A stretch of DNA of 64,000 nt from Candidatus Magasanikiibacteriota bacterium (GCA_023246655.1 JAHFHX010000005.1:67-64066); one strand, 5' to 3'. Counted from the first letter of the stretch, positions 12,601 through 22,292 are shown. The notes: generated by a model from the letters alone, not told the origin. Translations and numbers: made by a program.

Positions 12601-13484
12601 AAGTGCGTTCCCCCAAACATCAAGCGGTGTTAGCCGACGTCGATGGTAAAATAGAAATTGAAGATGCCGACGGTAAAATTGTTACTTCACCAACGGGCAA
12701 GAAAATTTTTGAAGGCCGCCGCGGACAAAAAATTATCAAGATTCATTTTGAAGGTTTAGATGAAATGAAAATTAAGTATAAGTCTGAAGATGAAGTGGTG
12801 GCAAAAGATGGTGCGGAAGTAAATGTTGATGATGTCTTGGTAGTACGCGGTGCGTCGGGCGAAGAGATTAAAGCTAAATATTCTGGTCGTGTGGCGGTGA
12901 CAAAAACCACGGTCACGCTACATTATGAAGGCCCGCGGGTGCGCGAAAATATTATCCCCCTGGGGTATAAATTGTATGTTAAGACGGGTGACACGGTAGA
13001 AAAAGGTGCTCAAATGACGGATGGCAGTATCAATCTGCAGCAACTTTTTGAACTCAAGGGTCGCGCCGCGGTGCAGCGCTATATCTTGCAAGAAGTGCAG
13101 AATATTTATTCCTCACAAGGTCAGAAAGTGAACGATAAACATGTGGAACTTATTATTCGTCAGATGTTTAGCCGGGTATATGTAGAAGATGCGGGGGACA
13201 CGGATCTCTTGCCGGGAGAAGTGGTAGAGAAAGCACAGGTTGATCAGTCCAACCGTTTAGCTAAAAAAGAAGGGGGCAAGCTAGCGGCAGCCCGTGAATT
13301 ACTCCTTGGCATTAGTAAAGTGGCTTTAACAACGCAAAGCTTCCTCTCCGCCGCCTCATTCCAAGAGACCGCACGTATTCTTATTAATACCGCTTCAACC
13401 GGTAAGATTGATCACCTCGAAGGCCTTAAGGAAAATGTGATCATCGGCCGCCTGATTCCGGCAGGGACGGGGTTCAAACAGTGA
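9612..13484 (+). CDS. rpoC: RNA polymerase beta' subunit
   Basis: NADFDGD catalytic motif, Zn-binding Cys, GEPGTQLT. Confidence 0.99.
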   Translation: MSRELTHSIHFDAIRLKLASPEVIRSWSYGEVSKPETINYRTQKPEKGGLFAEEIFGPTKDWECYCGKYKKIRYKGIVCDKCGVEVTHSLVRRERMGHIELVAPAAHIWFLRSVPSKVGLVLDLGAQALEKVIYFASFIITHVDEPGKKQTADLLRQEFKVKKKQIEHEHEETLKRAADDKATQKALDKIQDETERKRKALEADFTSAERELKELQVMRIISENKYQELSLRYGHLFEASIGAEGIYHLLSRINVEETIKKLTVEQQQAKGTKLERIIRRKKLLKSLAMNSIRPEWMVLKNIPVIPPDLRPMVALDGGRFATSDLNDLYRRVINRNNRLRRLLELDAPEVICRNEKRMLQEAVDALIDNSARHSKTVTASTGQKRQLRSLADILKGKQGRFRQNLLGKRVDYSGRSVIVVGPQLSIDECGLPKRMALELFKPFIMGEIIKRELAHNVRSASRFIESQVDEVWDILEELTKTSRVMLNRAPTLHRLGIQAFHPRLVEGKAIQLHPLVCTAFNADFDGDQMAVHLPLTAEARWEAENLMAAEKNLLKPATGQPVITPKQDIALGCFYLTKSDVDDSATTIKYFGSEKEAKLAYKMRTATLHERVKVRFTKLDKFPAETPALIETTVGRILFNEVVPDKLPYYNETITVKKLASIIRLCLELYGQQDTAFFLDELKNLGYRYVTKSGYSLGMDDFPKIVQKPSLIREGDERVRVMEEQYREGLLTQGERHAKILEIWTETKDKILSNTRDVLDKHGPVFAMIDSGARGTYGQLGQVMGMKGLVVSPSGDIIELPIKGNFKEGFDVLEFFISSHGTRKGLSDTALRTANAGYLTRRLVDVSQDVIVIEDDCGDKEGEIFTAEQSREMGEKLSDRVWSRYVLADVKVGSTVIVPAGEAINDRAARLVDEHNITSIHVRSIMQCRLAKGVCRKCYGFDLGSNQPAEMGTAVGIIAAQSIGEPGTQLTLRTFHTGGVAGGDITQGLPRVEELFEVRSPKHQAVLADVDGKIEIEDADGKIVTSPTGKKIFEGRRGQKIIKIHFEGLDEMKIKYKSEDEVVAKDGAEVNVDDVLVVRGASGEEIKAKYSGRVAVTKTTVTLHYEGPRVRENIIPLGYKLYVKTGDTVEKGAQMTDGSINLQQLFELKGRAAVQRYILQEVQNIYSSQGQKVNDKHVELIIRQMFSRVYVEDAGDTDLLPGEVVEKAQVDQSNRLAKKEGGKLAAARELLLGISKVALTTQSFLSAASFQETARILINTASTGKIDHLEGLKENVIIGRLIPAGTGFKQ

Positions 13485-13508
13485 AGTGAATAGAGGAATA
13501 AAGAAATA

Positions 13509-13538
13509 AAAAGACGCCCCAACCGGGGGGCGTCTTTT
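13509..13538 (+). terminator. Intrinsic terminator after rpoC
   Basis: aaaagacgcccc-aaccgg-ggggcgtctttt. Confidence 0.85.
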
Positions 13539-13711
13539 GGTGTTGACAATTATTAACACGCCTCGCCGGCCTCTTCTTATATGTACGAATTATTCGCAGA
13601 TATAAAGAGAGGCTATTGTACAATCTTGACACTAATTCTAAATGCAATTACAATCACAAGAGCATTCTCACGAGCTCTTGTTTTAATTAGCCTCTAAATA
13701 ATTTTACAATT

Positions 13712-14296
13712 ATGGTTGAAGCAGCTTTTCAAATTCCACTCATCGGGCAATCTTTGCCTGAGATGGAACTTACAATGTATCATGAGGATAAAGAAAAAAT
13801 TATTAAACTCTCCAGTTATCGTGGTCAATGGCTCATCCTCTTTTTTTATCCCGCCGACTTTACCTTTATTTGTCCCACCGAACTCGAAGAGATGGCTGTC
13901 AACTATCCTGAGTTTCAAAAGCTTAATGCCGAAGTATTAAGTGTCTCGACCGACACCGTTTTTGTTCACAAAGCGTGGCATGATAACTCCCCAGCTATCA
14001 AAAAAATAAATTTTCCCATGGTCGCAGACCCCACGGGCGAATTGTGTAAATCACTTGGCGTATATATTCCCCGTGAAGGCTTAGCATTGCGTGGTACTTT
14101 TATTATTGATCCTGATGGTATAATTAAAGCCATGGAGGCACACGATAACAGCATCGGCCGCTCTGCGTCTGAACTCTTGCGCAAACTCCAAGCCGCGCAA
14201 TATGTACGTGAACACGGGGGCGAAGTCTGCCCCGCCTCGTGGCGCCCGGGCGGGGCAACGCTCAAGCCGGGGATGGATTTGGTGGGGAAATTATAG
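13712..14296 (+). CDS. ahpC: 2-Cys peroxiredoxin AhpC
   Basis: FYPADFTFICPTE and GEVCPASW. Confidence 0.97.
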   Translation: MVEAAFQIPLIGQSLPEMELTMYHEDKEKIIKLSSYRGQWLILFFYPADFTFICPTELEEMAVNYPEFQKLNAEVLSVSTDTVFVHKAWHDNSPAIKKINFPMVADPTGELCKSLGVYIPREGLALRGTFIIDPDGIIKAMEAHDNSIGRSASELLRKLQAAQYVREHGGEVCPASWRPGGATLKPGMDLVGKL

Positions 14297-14316
14297 AATT
14301 AAGAATCAAGAATTCT

Positions 14317-14895
14317 ATGTCATATCAACCAAAAAATTACGATCACCTCCTTGGCACCCCTGGCTTTAGTGATCAACTTCTCAGAAATCATTTTACGCTC
14401 TATCAGGGTTACGTCACCAATACCAACAAATTATCCGACGAGCTCGCTCAACTCACCAAAGATGGCAAGGCCGGCACGCCGGCGTATGCCGAAATGAAAC
14501 GCCGAATAGGTTGGGAATTTGATGGTATGCGCCTCCATGAATATTACTTTGGAAACATGTCAAAAACGAGTTCAAAGTTATCAAGTGGAAAGTTATCAAG
14601 TGCGCTCGAAAAAGATTTTGGTAGTTACGAAGCGTGGGAAAAAGATTTTAAAGCCGTCGGCATGATGCGCGGGATAGGTTGGGTCATTTTATATTGGGAT
14701 AAGGAGGCAGATCGGCTCTTCAATGTGTGGATCAATGAGCATGATGTCGGTCACTTTGCTGGCTGCACACCTATTCTCATTATGGACGTATTTGAACACG
14801 CCTTTATGTTAGATTATGGCACCAAACGGGCAGATTATATAGAGGCCTTCTTTAAAGCAATTGATTGGGTAGTGGTAGAAAATCGGCTAGTTTAA
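14317..14895 (+). CDS. Fe/Mn superoxide dismutase
   Basis: H..LY.GYV, LHEYYF, DVFEHA metal-ligand motifs; start ATG 14317. Confidence 0.92.
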   Translation: MSYQPKNYDHLLGTPGFSDQLLRNHFTLYQGYVTNTNKLSDELAQLTKDGKAGTPAYAEMKRRIGWEFDGMRLHEYYFGNMSKTSSKLSSGKLSSALEKDFGSYEAWEKDFKAVGMMRGIGWVILYWDKEADRLFNVWINEHDVGHFAGCTPILIMDVFEHAFMLDYGTKRADYIEAFFKAIDWVVVENRLV

Positions 14896-14936
14896 GAAAT
14901 AGATTATCTTACTGTTCCTTGTAATTTCCACTCTTT

Positions 14937-15329
14937 ATGTCTTTTTTTGAGCAAGAAGCAGTACCGACACCCCTGTCGGAACCGGCAGCAATAAGAACAA
15001 GTGATTTTACCCTTGGTATTTCTGATATTGGCGATGATCCGATTGCAGAATTAGAAGAGGACCCACGCCCTGATTTGCCTCGTGCGATGCGATTATTTCG
15101 CGACTATGGTTTCCACCGCGGCGATTGGGTTCGAGGTGAGCCTGGTGGTGGAGATAAGGAGTGGAAAATAATAAAATTTATTGGCCATGTCGCTAATCCA
15201 TCAATACCAGCAGTTATGATAGCACACCGGTCTGGTGATTTTAAGACGTTGACTTTTGGAGAATTTAGAGAACTCAATATCGTAGAAAATACCGGTGCTA
15301 AGCCGATAGTAACCGGTAGCAAAAAATAA
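14937..15329 (+). CDS. Hypothetical protein
   Basis: 130-aa ATG ORF in gene-dense context, no recognised motif. Confidence 0.6.
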   Translation: MSFFEQEAVPTPLSEPAAIRTSDFTLGISDIGDDPIAELEEDPRPDLPRAMRLFRDYGFHRGDWVRGEPGGGDKEWKIIKFIGHVANPSIPAVMIAHRSGDFKTLTFGEFRELNIVENTGAKPIVTGSKK

Positions 15330-15443
15330 GATAAAACAGTAGAGTTACTGCAATAATGGCGATGAAGCCATTTTTTAATACCCGAGCACCGAATTGACGG
15401 AGAACTCATTTTTGTCTAAAATAAAAGAAATTTTAACAATCCC

Positions 15444-16736
15444 ATGCCGTCATCGCTCGTGAAAAAATTAATCGTTGTTGGTTGCGTGTTGCTGGGCGCA
15501 GTAGGGGCAACAGTATTTTTGTGCTTGCATATGCAACCTCCAATAATTGCCCGCAATAATCCTGAGCCAAATACGTCGTTCGCTGTATTATCCACCACAA
15601 TTAAAATCCCCATACTTACATTTGCCTCTGTCGAAAATTCTCTCACTACCGTGAGTTCCACGGTTAGCCTCTACCACATTTTTACCAACGATGTTATAGC
15701 TGCCAAGCAAGCTAATTCTTCTACCATTTCGCTCCAATTTTTTGGCGATATGATGCTTGATCGTAATGTTGCAAAAAGTATGGGTAGTCGTGGACTTGAT
15801 TATATTTTTGCCAAGGTGAATTGTCATCCTGAGCCCGGAATGACCAGGTGCGATAATAGAATGTTTGGAGCTGCGGACATTCTCATAGCTAACTTGGAAG
15901 GTCCTTTTGCACCAACCCGCGTGTTCACAACTAAGTCGATTGCCTTCCGTTTTGATCCCAAATGGGCGAAACAGCTCAAACACTACGGCTTCACCGCCTT
16001 TACACTCGCCAATAACCATACCATGGACATGGGTGCGGCGAATAGTAACTTTACGCGCAAAGTGCTTGCCGAAAACGGGATTAATTATTTTGGTCAGGAA
16101 TATAAAGAAAGTCCGAGTTTGACGTGGTATGCCACGTCGACCCCTCCGCACCTCCCCTTCGTAAGGGGAGGTCAATTATCCCCTCCTTACGAAGGAGGGG
16201 ATCAAGGGGTGGTTTCGTCGTCGGTCGCTCTTCCCGCCACCATCGCCTTCATTGGCATTGAAACCGTCGATCATCCTATCAACAAAGCCCAAGTCCTGGC
16301 TGCTCTGAACGAAGCCAAACAAAAAACTCGCTACATAATCGTCAACGTGCACGGTGGCGTAGAATACAAACGTATCTCCACGAAAGCACAACGCACGTTA
16401 TACCACTGGCTCATCGACAACGGCGCCACGGCCGTCATCGGTCACCATCCCCACGTTGTTGAGGAGATGGAAATGTACAAGGGCGCTCCTATTTTTTATT
16501 CCCTCGGTAATTTTATTTTTGATCAGTATTTTTCCAAAGACACCCAAGAAGGGTTGAGTGTCGGATTGACTTTGCAGGACGGAGGAGTAAAATCGGTGTA
16601 TCTCTTTCCGTTTTTTGGGGTTAAGTCGCAGGTACAGCTGATGACGGGGGAACGACGAGATGGATTTTTGAAATGGATGGAAGATAATAGTCGGTTGGAT
16701 GGTCATACGATCACCAACGGAAAAGTCCAACTATAA
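15444..16736 (+). CDS. CapA/PGA_cap family metallophosphoesterase, membrane anchored; two in-frame palindrome inserts
   Basis: GDMMLDR, NLEG, ANNHTMD, HGG.EY, GHHPHV, YSLGNFIF; inserts at 15822-15845 and 16140-16213. Confidence 0.92.
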   Translation: MPSSLVKKLIVVGCVLLGAVGATVFLCLHMQPPIIARNNPEPNTSFAVLSTTIKIPILTFASVENSLTTVSSTVSLYHIFTNDVIAAKQANSSTISLQFFGDMMLDRNVAKSMGSRGLDYIFAKVNCHPEPGMTRCDNRMFGAADILIANLEGPFAPTRVFTTKSIAFRFDPKWAKQLKHYGFTAFTLANNHTMDMGAANSNFTRKVLAENGINYFGQEYKESPSLTWYATSTPPHLPFVRGGQLSPPYEGGDQGVVSSSVALPATIAFIGIETVDHPINKAQVLAALNEAKQKTRYIIVNVHGGVEYKRISTKAQRTLYHWLIDNGATAVIGHHPHVVEEMEMYKGAPIFYSLGNFIFDQYFSKDTQEGLSVGLTLQDGGVKSVYLFPFFGVKSQVQLMTGERRDGFLKWMEDNSRLDGHTITNGKVQL

Positions 16737-16810
16737 TTGCCCCCCGAGGGGGGAACGGCGACACAACAATTTCTAATACTTACTACTTGCTACTAAATAC
16801 TTCACACACT

Positions 16811-16896
16811 ATGTCCGGTCACTCCAAATGGCACCCCGCACAATGCCTCTCCGCCCAAGGCGGATCGGCCTATACGGGGCAGGCAACATCTAAGTA
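16811..16896 (+). pseudogene. Disrupted duplicate of the yebC 5' end
   Basis: MSGHSKWH, then a 50-nt palindromic insert, then aac atc TAA gta (functional copy reads aac ata CAA gta). Confidence 0.75.
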
Positions 16897-16908
16897 GCTT
16901 TCATCCAT

Positions 16909-17631
16909 ATGTCGGGACATTCAAAATGGCACAACATACAAGTAAGAAAAGGTGCGCAAGATGCCAAGAAGGCTAATGTCTTTACCAAATACGCTAAGGC
17001 CATTACCATTGCTGCACAAAAAGGTGGTGATCCAGCCACCAATTTCTCACTCCGCCTCGCGGTTGATAAAGCACGCGCTGTCGGGATGCCCAAAGACAAC
17101 ATCGATCGTGCCATAAAGCGTGGCACCGGTGAACTCAAAGGCGAAGCCAAGATGGAGGAAGTTCTCTACGAGGCCTACGGTCCGGGTGGTGTCGCTATCC
17201 TCATCAAAGCCGTCACCGACAACAAAAATCGTACCGTTTCTGACCTCAAGCATATTCTCAACCTGCATGGAGGATCTTTTGGCAGCGCGGGGAGTGTGCA
17301 GTGGATGTTTGGGCAGTGGGGAGTGGTTGTAGTTAACAAAGAACAAATAACAATTAACAAAGATAAGCTCGAACTTGAATTGATTGAGGCGGGAGCGGAA
17401 GATATTGGAGATAGTGATGGAGATATAGAGATAAAAACGAAAGTCGAAAATTTTCAAAAAGTTTTGCATAAACTCAAAGAACTTGGAATCGAACCGAAAG
17501 ATTCGGGGATCCGGTGGATTGCAAAAGATACGACAGAGATAGATAGAGATACCGGAGGTGAGCTGGGGGAATTATTTACTGAGCTGGAGAGCCACGATGA
17601 TGTGGAAGATTATTTTACGAATGCGGAATAA
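16909..17631 (+). CDS. yebC: YebC/PmpR family protein
   Basis: MSGHSKW, YEAYGPGG, TDNKNRT. Confidence 0.97.
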   Translation: MSGHSKWHNIQVRKGAQDAKKANVFTKYAKAITIAAQKGGDPATNFSLRLAVDKARAVGMPKDNIDRAIKRGTGELKGEAKMEEVLYEAYGPGGVAILIKAVTDNKNRTVSDLKHILNLHGGSFGSAGSVQWMFGQWGVVVVNKEQITINKDKLELELIEAGAEDIGDSDGDIEIKTKVENFQKVLHKLKELGIEPKDSGIRWIAKDTTEIDRDTGGELGELFTELESHDDVEDYFTNAE

Positions 17632-17665
17632 TATACGAATTTTATAAAATGACAAATACAAAATT

Positions 17666-18151
17666 ATGATAAGTACATTACTATCGGATTTTTCTAGAGT
17701 TTGGCTGTTTCCAAAAGATAAAAATTATCTGGGCGGGCTTAATGAGCTATATGATAAATTAAAAAAACAAGGAAAGTTCAATTTTTTTGATTATTTTGAG
17801 CTCAACGAAGAGCTTTTGACCAAAGTAAAAGATTGGAATCAAAAACTAGAGATATATATTTTTACAACTGGTCATATACAAAATACTCCGGGTGTCATAG
17901 AACGCGTTAAGCCGTTGGTGAAGGGAATTTATTCCGCGGAAGATTTACCCATTAATAAATTATCTCCCGAAGGCTTTGTCTATATGGCCCAACTCATTGG
18001 TAAAAAATCGGAAGAAATTTTGTATATCGACGATAAAGCAGCAAATCTAGAAAGAGCGCAACAGGCAGGAACAGCAATCTGCTTGTATACAGAAAATAAA
18101 TTGTTGTTTCAACATATCGATAATCTGTCTAATCAAAGTAAATCAGCGTAA
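17666..18151 (+). CDS. HAD-superfamily hydrolase-like protein
   Basis: LLSDFSRV (motif I-like), K..P..F, LYIDD...NL..A...G. Confidence 0.75.
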   Translation: MISTLLSDFSRVWLFPKDKNYLGGLNELYDKLKKQGKFNFFDYFELNEELLTKVKDWNQKLEIYIFTTGHIQNTPGVIERVKPLVKGIYSAEDLPINKLSPEGFVYMAQLIGKKSEEILYIDDKAANLERAQQAGTAICLYTENKLLFQHIDNLSNQSKSA

Positions 18152-18159
18152 TCTGTGTT

Positions 18160-18693
18160 ATGGTCCGCATTCTCGGTATCGACCCCGGCTTTGGCCGCAT
18201 TGGCTACGGGGTAATTGAACACAAGAAAAACAGCACTGACTGGCAAGCCGTTAGTTATGGTTGTATTTCCACCAACCCCAAGGAAACCTTCGTTGAACGC
18301 CTCAAAGACCTGCATGAAGAACTCATCGATCTCATCAAAGAATACCAGCCTACCCGCATGGCTGTGGAAGAATTATTTTTTTTCAAGAATTTAAAAACCG
18401 CCATTGAAGTTGCCCAAGCTCGTGGAGTGATTCTTCTCACGGCAGTTGAAAGCAGTCTCCCCGTCGACGAATTTACTCCGCTTCAAGTAAAACAAGCCAT
18501 GACCGGCTACGGCCGGGCCGAAAAAGGTCAAATGCAAAAAATGGTGGCGATGATTTTAGGAATCAAAGGCAAAATTAAATCCGACGACGCGGCGGATGCG
18601 CTGGCGGTGGCGCTGACGGCGGGTCAGTCACTCTGGGTCGCAAAAATAAAATCCGGATATACGGATGCATCCGGATCTACAGATAAAAAATAA
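18160..18693 (+). CDS. ruvC: Holliday junction resolvase RuvC
   Basis: ILGIDPG, VEELFF, DDAADALA; the C-terminal tail is encoded by the left inverted-repeat arm. Confidence 0.97.
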   Translation: MVRILGIDPGFGRIGYGVIEHKKNSTDWQAVSYGCISTNPKETFVERLKDLHEELIDLIKEYQPTRMAVEELFFFKNLKTAIEVAQARGVILLTAVESSLPVDEFTPLQVKQAMTGYGRAEKGQMQKMVAMILGIKGKIKSDDAADALAVALTAGQSLWVAKIKSGYTDASGSTDKK

Positions 18694-19133
18694 GTGATTA
18701 ATTTTATAAATATGGAGGGAAAATTACTACATGAGGAATTAACTTATAAAATTAGAGGTTTACTTTTTAATATCCATAACGAGCTCGGTAGATTTAGAAA
18801 TGAACAACAATATTGTGATGCTTTAGAAAATGTATTAAAAGAGAATAATATTGTTTATCAACGAGAATTTATTTTACCACCATCTTTTGACGGAGAGAAA
18901 AAAGGAAGGAATAAAGTTGATTTTTTAATCGAAGGAAAGATTATTATTGAAGCAAAATGCGTTTCTTTTCTTAATAAAGATAACTATTTCCAATGTCAAC
19001 GTTATCTCAACTCACTCAATCTCGATTTGGCATTATTGGTAAACTTTAGGTCTAAAAATTTGTTAATCCGACGTATTCTTAATTCTAGTCGTCTACAAAA
19101 TCCGTAAATCCGGATGCATCCGTATATCCGGAT
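18651..19133. mobile_element. Putative IR-bounded cassette carrying a GxxExxY gene
   Basis: 18651-18684 matches the reverse complement of 19100-19133 at 32/34 nt. Confidence 0.6.
18712..19107 (+). CDS. GxxExxY protein (PD-(D/E)XK nuclease fold)
   Basis: HNELGRFRNEQQY, VDFLIEGKIIIEAK, Q..RYL......LLVNF. Confidence 0.92.
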   Translation: MEGKLLHEELTYKIRGLLFNIHNELGRFRNEQQYCDALENVLKENNIVYQREFILPPSFDGEKKGRNKVDFLIEGKIIIEAKCVSFLNKDNYFQCQRYLNSLNLDLALLVNFRSKNLLIRRILNSSRLQNP

Positions 19134-19144
19134 ATGGTTCCTCT

Positions 19145-19609
19145 ATGGCTAATCAGCAGTTTATCCTCATCCTCCCCAACATCCGCAGTGGCCACAACGT
19201 CGGCGCCATGTTTAGGACAGCCGACGGTGCTGGTGTCGACAAAATCTATCTCACCGGTTACAGTCCCTGTCCGCCCCATCCCCAAGTGGACAAAGTCTCC
19301 CTCGGCGCCGAAAAGTCCGTACCCTGGGAATACGTTAAACAACCCGGGCGGCTGCTCAAAAAACTCAAAGCCGAAGGGTATCATATTGTTGCCTTGGAGC
19401 AAACTAAAAAGAGTGTTACACTATACCAATGGCAGCCGCAGTTTCCCTTAGCACTTATTGTCGGCAACGAAAAAACCGGTGTCACTAAAAACCTCCTTAA
19501 GTATTGCGATGAGACAGTTGAAATCACTATGCGAGGGAAAAAGAGGAGTCTCAATGTCAGCGTGGCGGCGGGAGTAGCGATGTACTATATAGGTAGTAAA
19601 TCTATCTGA
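19145..19609 (+). CDS. TrmH/SpoU family RNA methyltransferase
   Basis: NIRSGHNVGAMFRTAD, GNEKTG, SLNVSVAAG. Confidence 0.92.
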   Translation: MANQQFILILPNIRSGHNVGAMFRTADGAGVDKIYLTGYSPCPPHPQVDKVSLGAEKSVPWEYVKQPGRLLKKLKAEGYHIVALEQTKKSVTLYQWQPQFPLALIVGNEKTGVTKNLLKYCDETVEITMRGKKRSLNVSVAAGVAMYYIGSKSI

Positions 19610-19619
19610 TTAGATTGAA

Positions 19620-19722
19620 AAATTTCTAAGTATCTAATTTCTAATGTCTAATATAAGGTCAAATGACAAAATTGGACATTGGAAATTTTATTAGAAATTA
19701 GACATTAGGTGAATTAGACATT
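19620..19722. repeat. Empty heptamer inverted-repeat hairpin (TTTCTAA/TTAGAAA family) ending just before ATG 19724
   Basis: aatttctaagtatctaatttctaatgtctaat...ttagaaattagacattaggtgaattagacatt. Confidence 0.75.
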
Positions 19723-19723
19723 T

Positions 19724-20452
19724 ATGGAGTCCACTATTTCTCTCTTCCGCCATCTCTACGACCATCTTCCGCCGCTTTTCCCCGACGAGGTGAAACAAAA
19801 GATGTCGCACGCTCTGAATCATTTAGAAAACGATCAAACCATCACGCTCGAAGAAGTTGAGGACACCATGATTGAATTTGGGATAGAAGCGTGGCCATGG
19901 AATCAGGCGTATAAAGAATTTTTGGCTTTGGCCGAGTCCAAAGTGGGGGAACATTTTTTGCTTCCTAAATTGTCTGCCAGCCTTCAGCAAAAGTATCATG
20001 ATTTTAAAGTTTATGGAGGAACCTTGCGCGATTTGCACTCTGGAAATCCAGCCCAATTTTTTACTTCAGAAGAACGTGGTGAAGTGTGCGCCGCCCTTGT
20101 GGATATGCAGCTTGAACTGAGAGTGTACGTTGATCATGAAGTTAAAGGAATGGAGAGAAGCCGATATCTTAAACGCGTGGGAGAGTTTAAGGATCTCTTG
20201 GAGAACATTGAACAAACATTAGAACACCTTCGTAATCTTGCTAATACGGAACAAGATCATCCTACTCTCGCCGACGAAATCCGGGCCCGCGTTCGGAGTT
20301 TTGAGCATAGCCTCTGTCTCCTTGGGCCAGAGCTTAATTATGATGCTATTTGTCAGTCGGCTGATTTTTTCAAGGAACGCAAATTGCATCTCAGCCATAT
20401 GAAGGGTATCCACGTGCCGACAGAGGTGGATTTTTACACACAAATGGATTGA
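19724..20452 (+). CDS. Hypothetical helical protein
   Basis: 242-aa ORF, no recognised motif. Confidence 0.75.
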   Translation: MESTISLFRHLYDHLPPLFPDEVKQKMSHALNHLENDQTITLEEVEDTMIEFGIEAWPWNQAYKEFLALAESKVGEHFLLPKLSASLQQKYHDFKVYGGTLRDLHSGNPAQFFTSEERGEVCAALVDMQLELRVYVDHEVKGMERSRYLKRVGEFKDLLENIEQTLEHLRNLANTEQDHPTLADEIRARVRSFEHSLCLLGPELNYDAICQSADFFKERKLHLSHMKGIHVPTEVDFYTQMD

Positions 20453-20531
20453 CAAATTTTGCAGATGATATATAATCACCGCAATTTTTTAATATGTCTA
20501 AATCTTCACATAATCTGTCTAAATCCGTATT

Positions 20532-21914
20532 ATGAAAAATAATAACTTTAAGAAATTTTGGAAACTCGGAAAAAAAGAAATTAATACACAATATTTTGAT
20601 ATTAATAAAGACGGGGATTTAATTATCTTTGAGGGTAATTATCAGTACAATGTGCGGGAGTTAGCAGAAAAATACGGTACGCCACTCAAGGTAATGTTGC
20701 CATACATTATTGAACAGCGCGTGGAGGACATGATGGACATGTTTGCGGATGTTATTCGCGAGTATAAATATCGCGGCCAGTTTTATTATCACTATCCCAT
20801 GAAAGTGAATCAAAGCCGGGAGTTTGTTTTGCCGCTTATTTCCGAAGGTGCTAACTTAGAAACAACCTCTGCTAATGAGTTGTGGGTGGCAAAGCGCATG
20901 TGGCAGCAAAATCGGTTTAATTCACGCATCAAAGTTATCTGCAATGGTCCGAAGACCGAAGAATATGTCAGCTTAATTGCCGAGCTCAAGGATAACGGGC
21001 TTGATATTGTTCCGATTATTGAAGATTTAGAAGAAGCTGAAGCGCTCAAAAGTTTCCGCGGCCAGGTTGGTGTGCGGTTTGACAACGATATTAAAGTAGA
21101 ATCGCACTGGGATAAAAAAATTGAGCGTTTTGGGCTCAGCCTCGATGAATTATGGACGCTCGGTAAAATAAAAAATCTTACCATGCTTCACTATCACCTG
21201 GGTTGTGAAGTAAAGCGAGAGCGTTATTTTATACAATCCCTCCGGAAAGCCATGGATGTCTACGCCCGTCTTAAAAAAATTAACCCCTCTCTGGATACCA
21301 TTAACATTGGTGGCGGGTTTCGTGCCAATTACTATCGTGATCCCCGCGGCGGCTATTCATATTCCATGAACAACGTGGTGCGGGGCATTATTAAATTCTT
21401 AACTCATTTCTGCGCCGAGCAGGATATCCCGCATCCGAATATTATTAATGAATGGGGATCGTATATTGCCGCCCCTGCTCAAATTACAGTGTACTCGGTG
21501 TTGTCGAAGAAACACATTCCTAATTCCACCGCCAAGCAGTGGTATATTATTAACGGCAGTCTCCAAACACAGCTTCTTGATACTTGGGCAATTCATAAGC
21601 AATGGCATATTGTGCCGGTAAACAATGCCCGCGCCCCCAAACTCACCCGTACCTGGCTCGCGGGCCTCTCCTGTGACGCTGATGATAAATATACTGCTGG
21701 GGGGAGCTACATCTTGTTGCCCCGGTTGGAAGACTTAGAAATAGGTGAAAAACAACATATCGCCGTTTTAGACACGGGCAATTATCAAGACGGTTTTTCT
21801 AATCATCATTGTCTAAATGCCGCCCCCGCCAGGGTCGTCTGCCAGGACGGCGATGTGAAGCTGATCCGTAAACGCGAATCACCAGAAGAAATTGGAAAGA
21901 TGTTTGGATGGTAG
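20532..21914 (+). CDS. PLP-dependent fold-III decarboxylase, arginine decarboxylase-like (short form)
   Basis: YPMKVNQ (SpeA-type PLP Lys), HYHLG, NIGGGF, GLSCDAD, GNYQD. Confidence 0.85.
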   Translation: MKNNNFKKFWKLGKKEINTQYFDINKDGDLIIFEGNYQYNVRELAEKYGTPLKVMLPYIIEQRVEDMMDMFADVIREYKYRGQFYYHYPMKVNQSREFVLPLISEGANLETTSANELWVAKRMWQQNRFNSRIKVICNGPKTEEYVSLIAELKDNGLDIVPIIEDLEEAEALKSFRGQVGVRFDNDIKVESHWDKKIERFGLSLDELWTLGKIKNLTMLHYHLGCEVKRERYFIQSLRKAMDVYARLKKINPSLDTINIGGGFRANYYRDPRGGYSYSMNNVVRGIIKFLTHFCAEQDIPHPNIINEWGSYIAAPAQITVYSVLSKKHIPNSTAKQWYIINGSLQTQLLDTWAIHKQWHIVPVNNARAPKLTRTWLAGLSCDADDKYTAGGSYILLPRLEDLEIGEKQHIAVLDTGNYQDGFSNHHCLNAAPARVVCQDGDVKLIRKRESPEEIGKMFGW

Positions 21915-21961
21915 ACCGCGCAATTTGACACCCATTTGTTGTCGTAGTATAGTTTCAGCAT

Positions 21962-22219
21962 ATGAACGAAGATAAAGTCATTCAAAAATTATTGGAACAT
22001 GATGACCGGTTTGAACGAATGGAACAGAAGCTTGAGAACACTGCAACGAGGGACGAGTTGCGGGAGATAAAAACCATTCTTGAATCGGTAGCGGTTGATG
22101 TTAAAAAGATTCGCGAAGATCATCTTTTCGTATTGGAATGGATGAAACGGCTTCAAGATAAAGTTGACCAGCAAGAGGAAGAGATTCGAAGGATAAAAAT
22201 GCAACTCAAGATGGCATAA
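21962..22219 (+). CDS. Small coiled-coil hypothetical protein
   Basis: 85 aa, heptad-like; TTGACA/TATAGT promoter just upstream. Confidence 0.65.
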   Translation: MNEDKVIQKLLEHDDRFERMEQKLENTATRDELREIKTILESVAVDVKKIREDHLFVLEWMKRLQDKVDQQEEEIRRIKMQLKMA

Positions 22220-22229
22220 AAAATTACAG

Positions 22230-22292
22230 AAACAAAAAACCCGCTGATGAGGCGGATTTTTTGTCTCGTTTGTGCACAAGGTGAGATGCCGG
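22230..22292 (-). repeat. Conserved 3' motif plus terminator, copy 1
   Basis: ttttttgtctcgtttgtgcacaaggtgagatgccgg beside hairpin ccgc-tgatgag-gcgg; second copy at 34888-34990. Confidence 0.75.

Noticed and set aside
13568-13613. Hairpin upstream of ahpC as a riboswitch or ncRNA
   Set aside because: It is a single imperfect stem with no recognisable aptamer motif, and could be a repeat remnant or operator.
22230-22292. Conserved motif as an integron attC site
   Set aside because: No RYYYAAC/GTTRRRY ends were recognised and no integrase is in the window; kept only as an unexplained motif.
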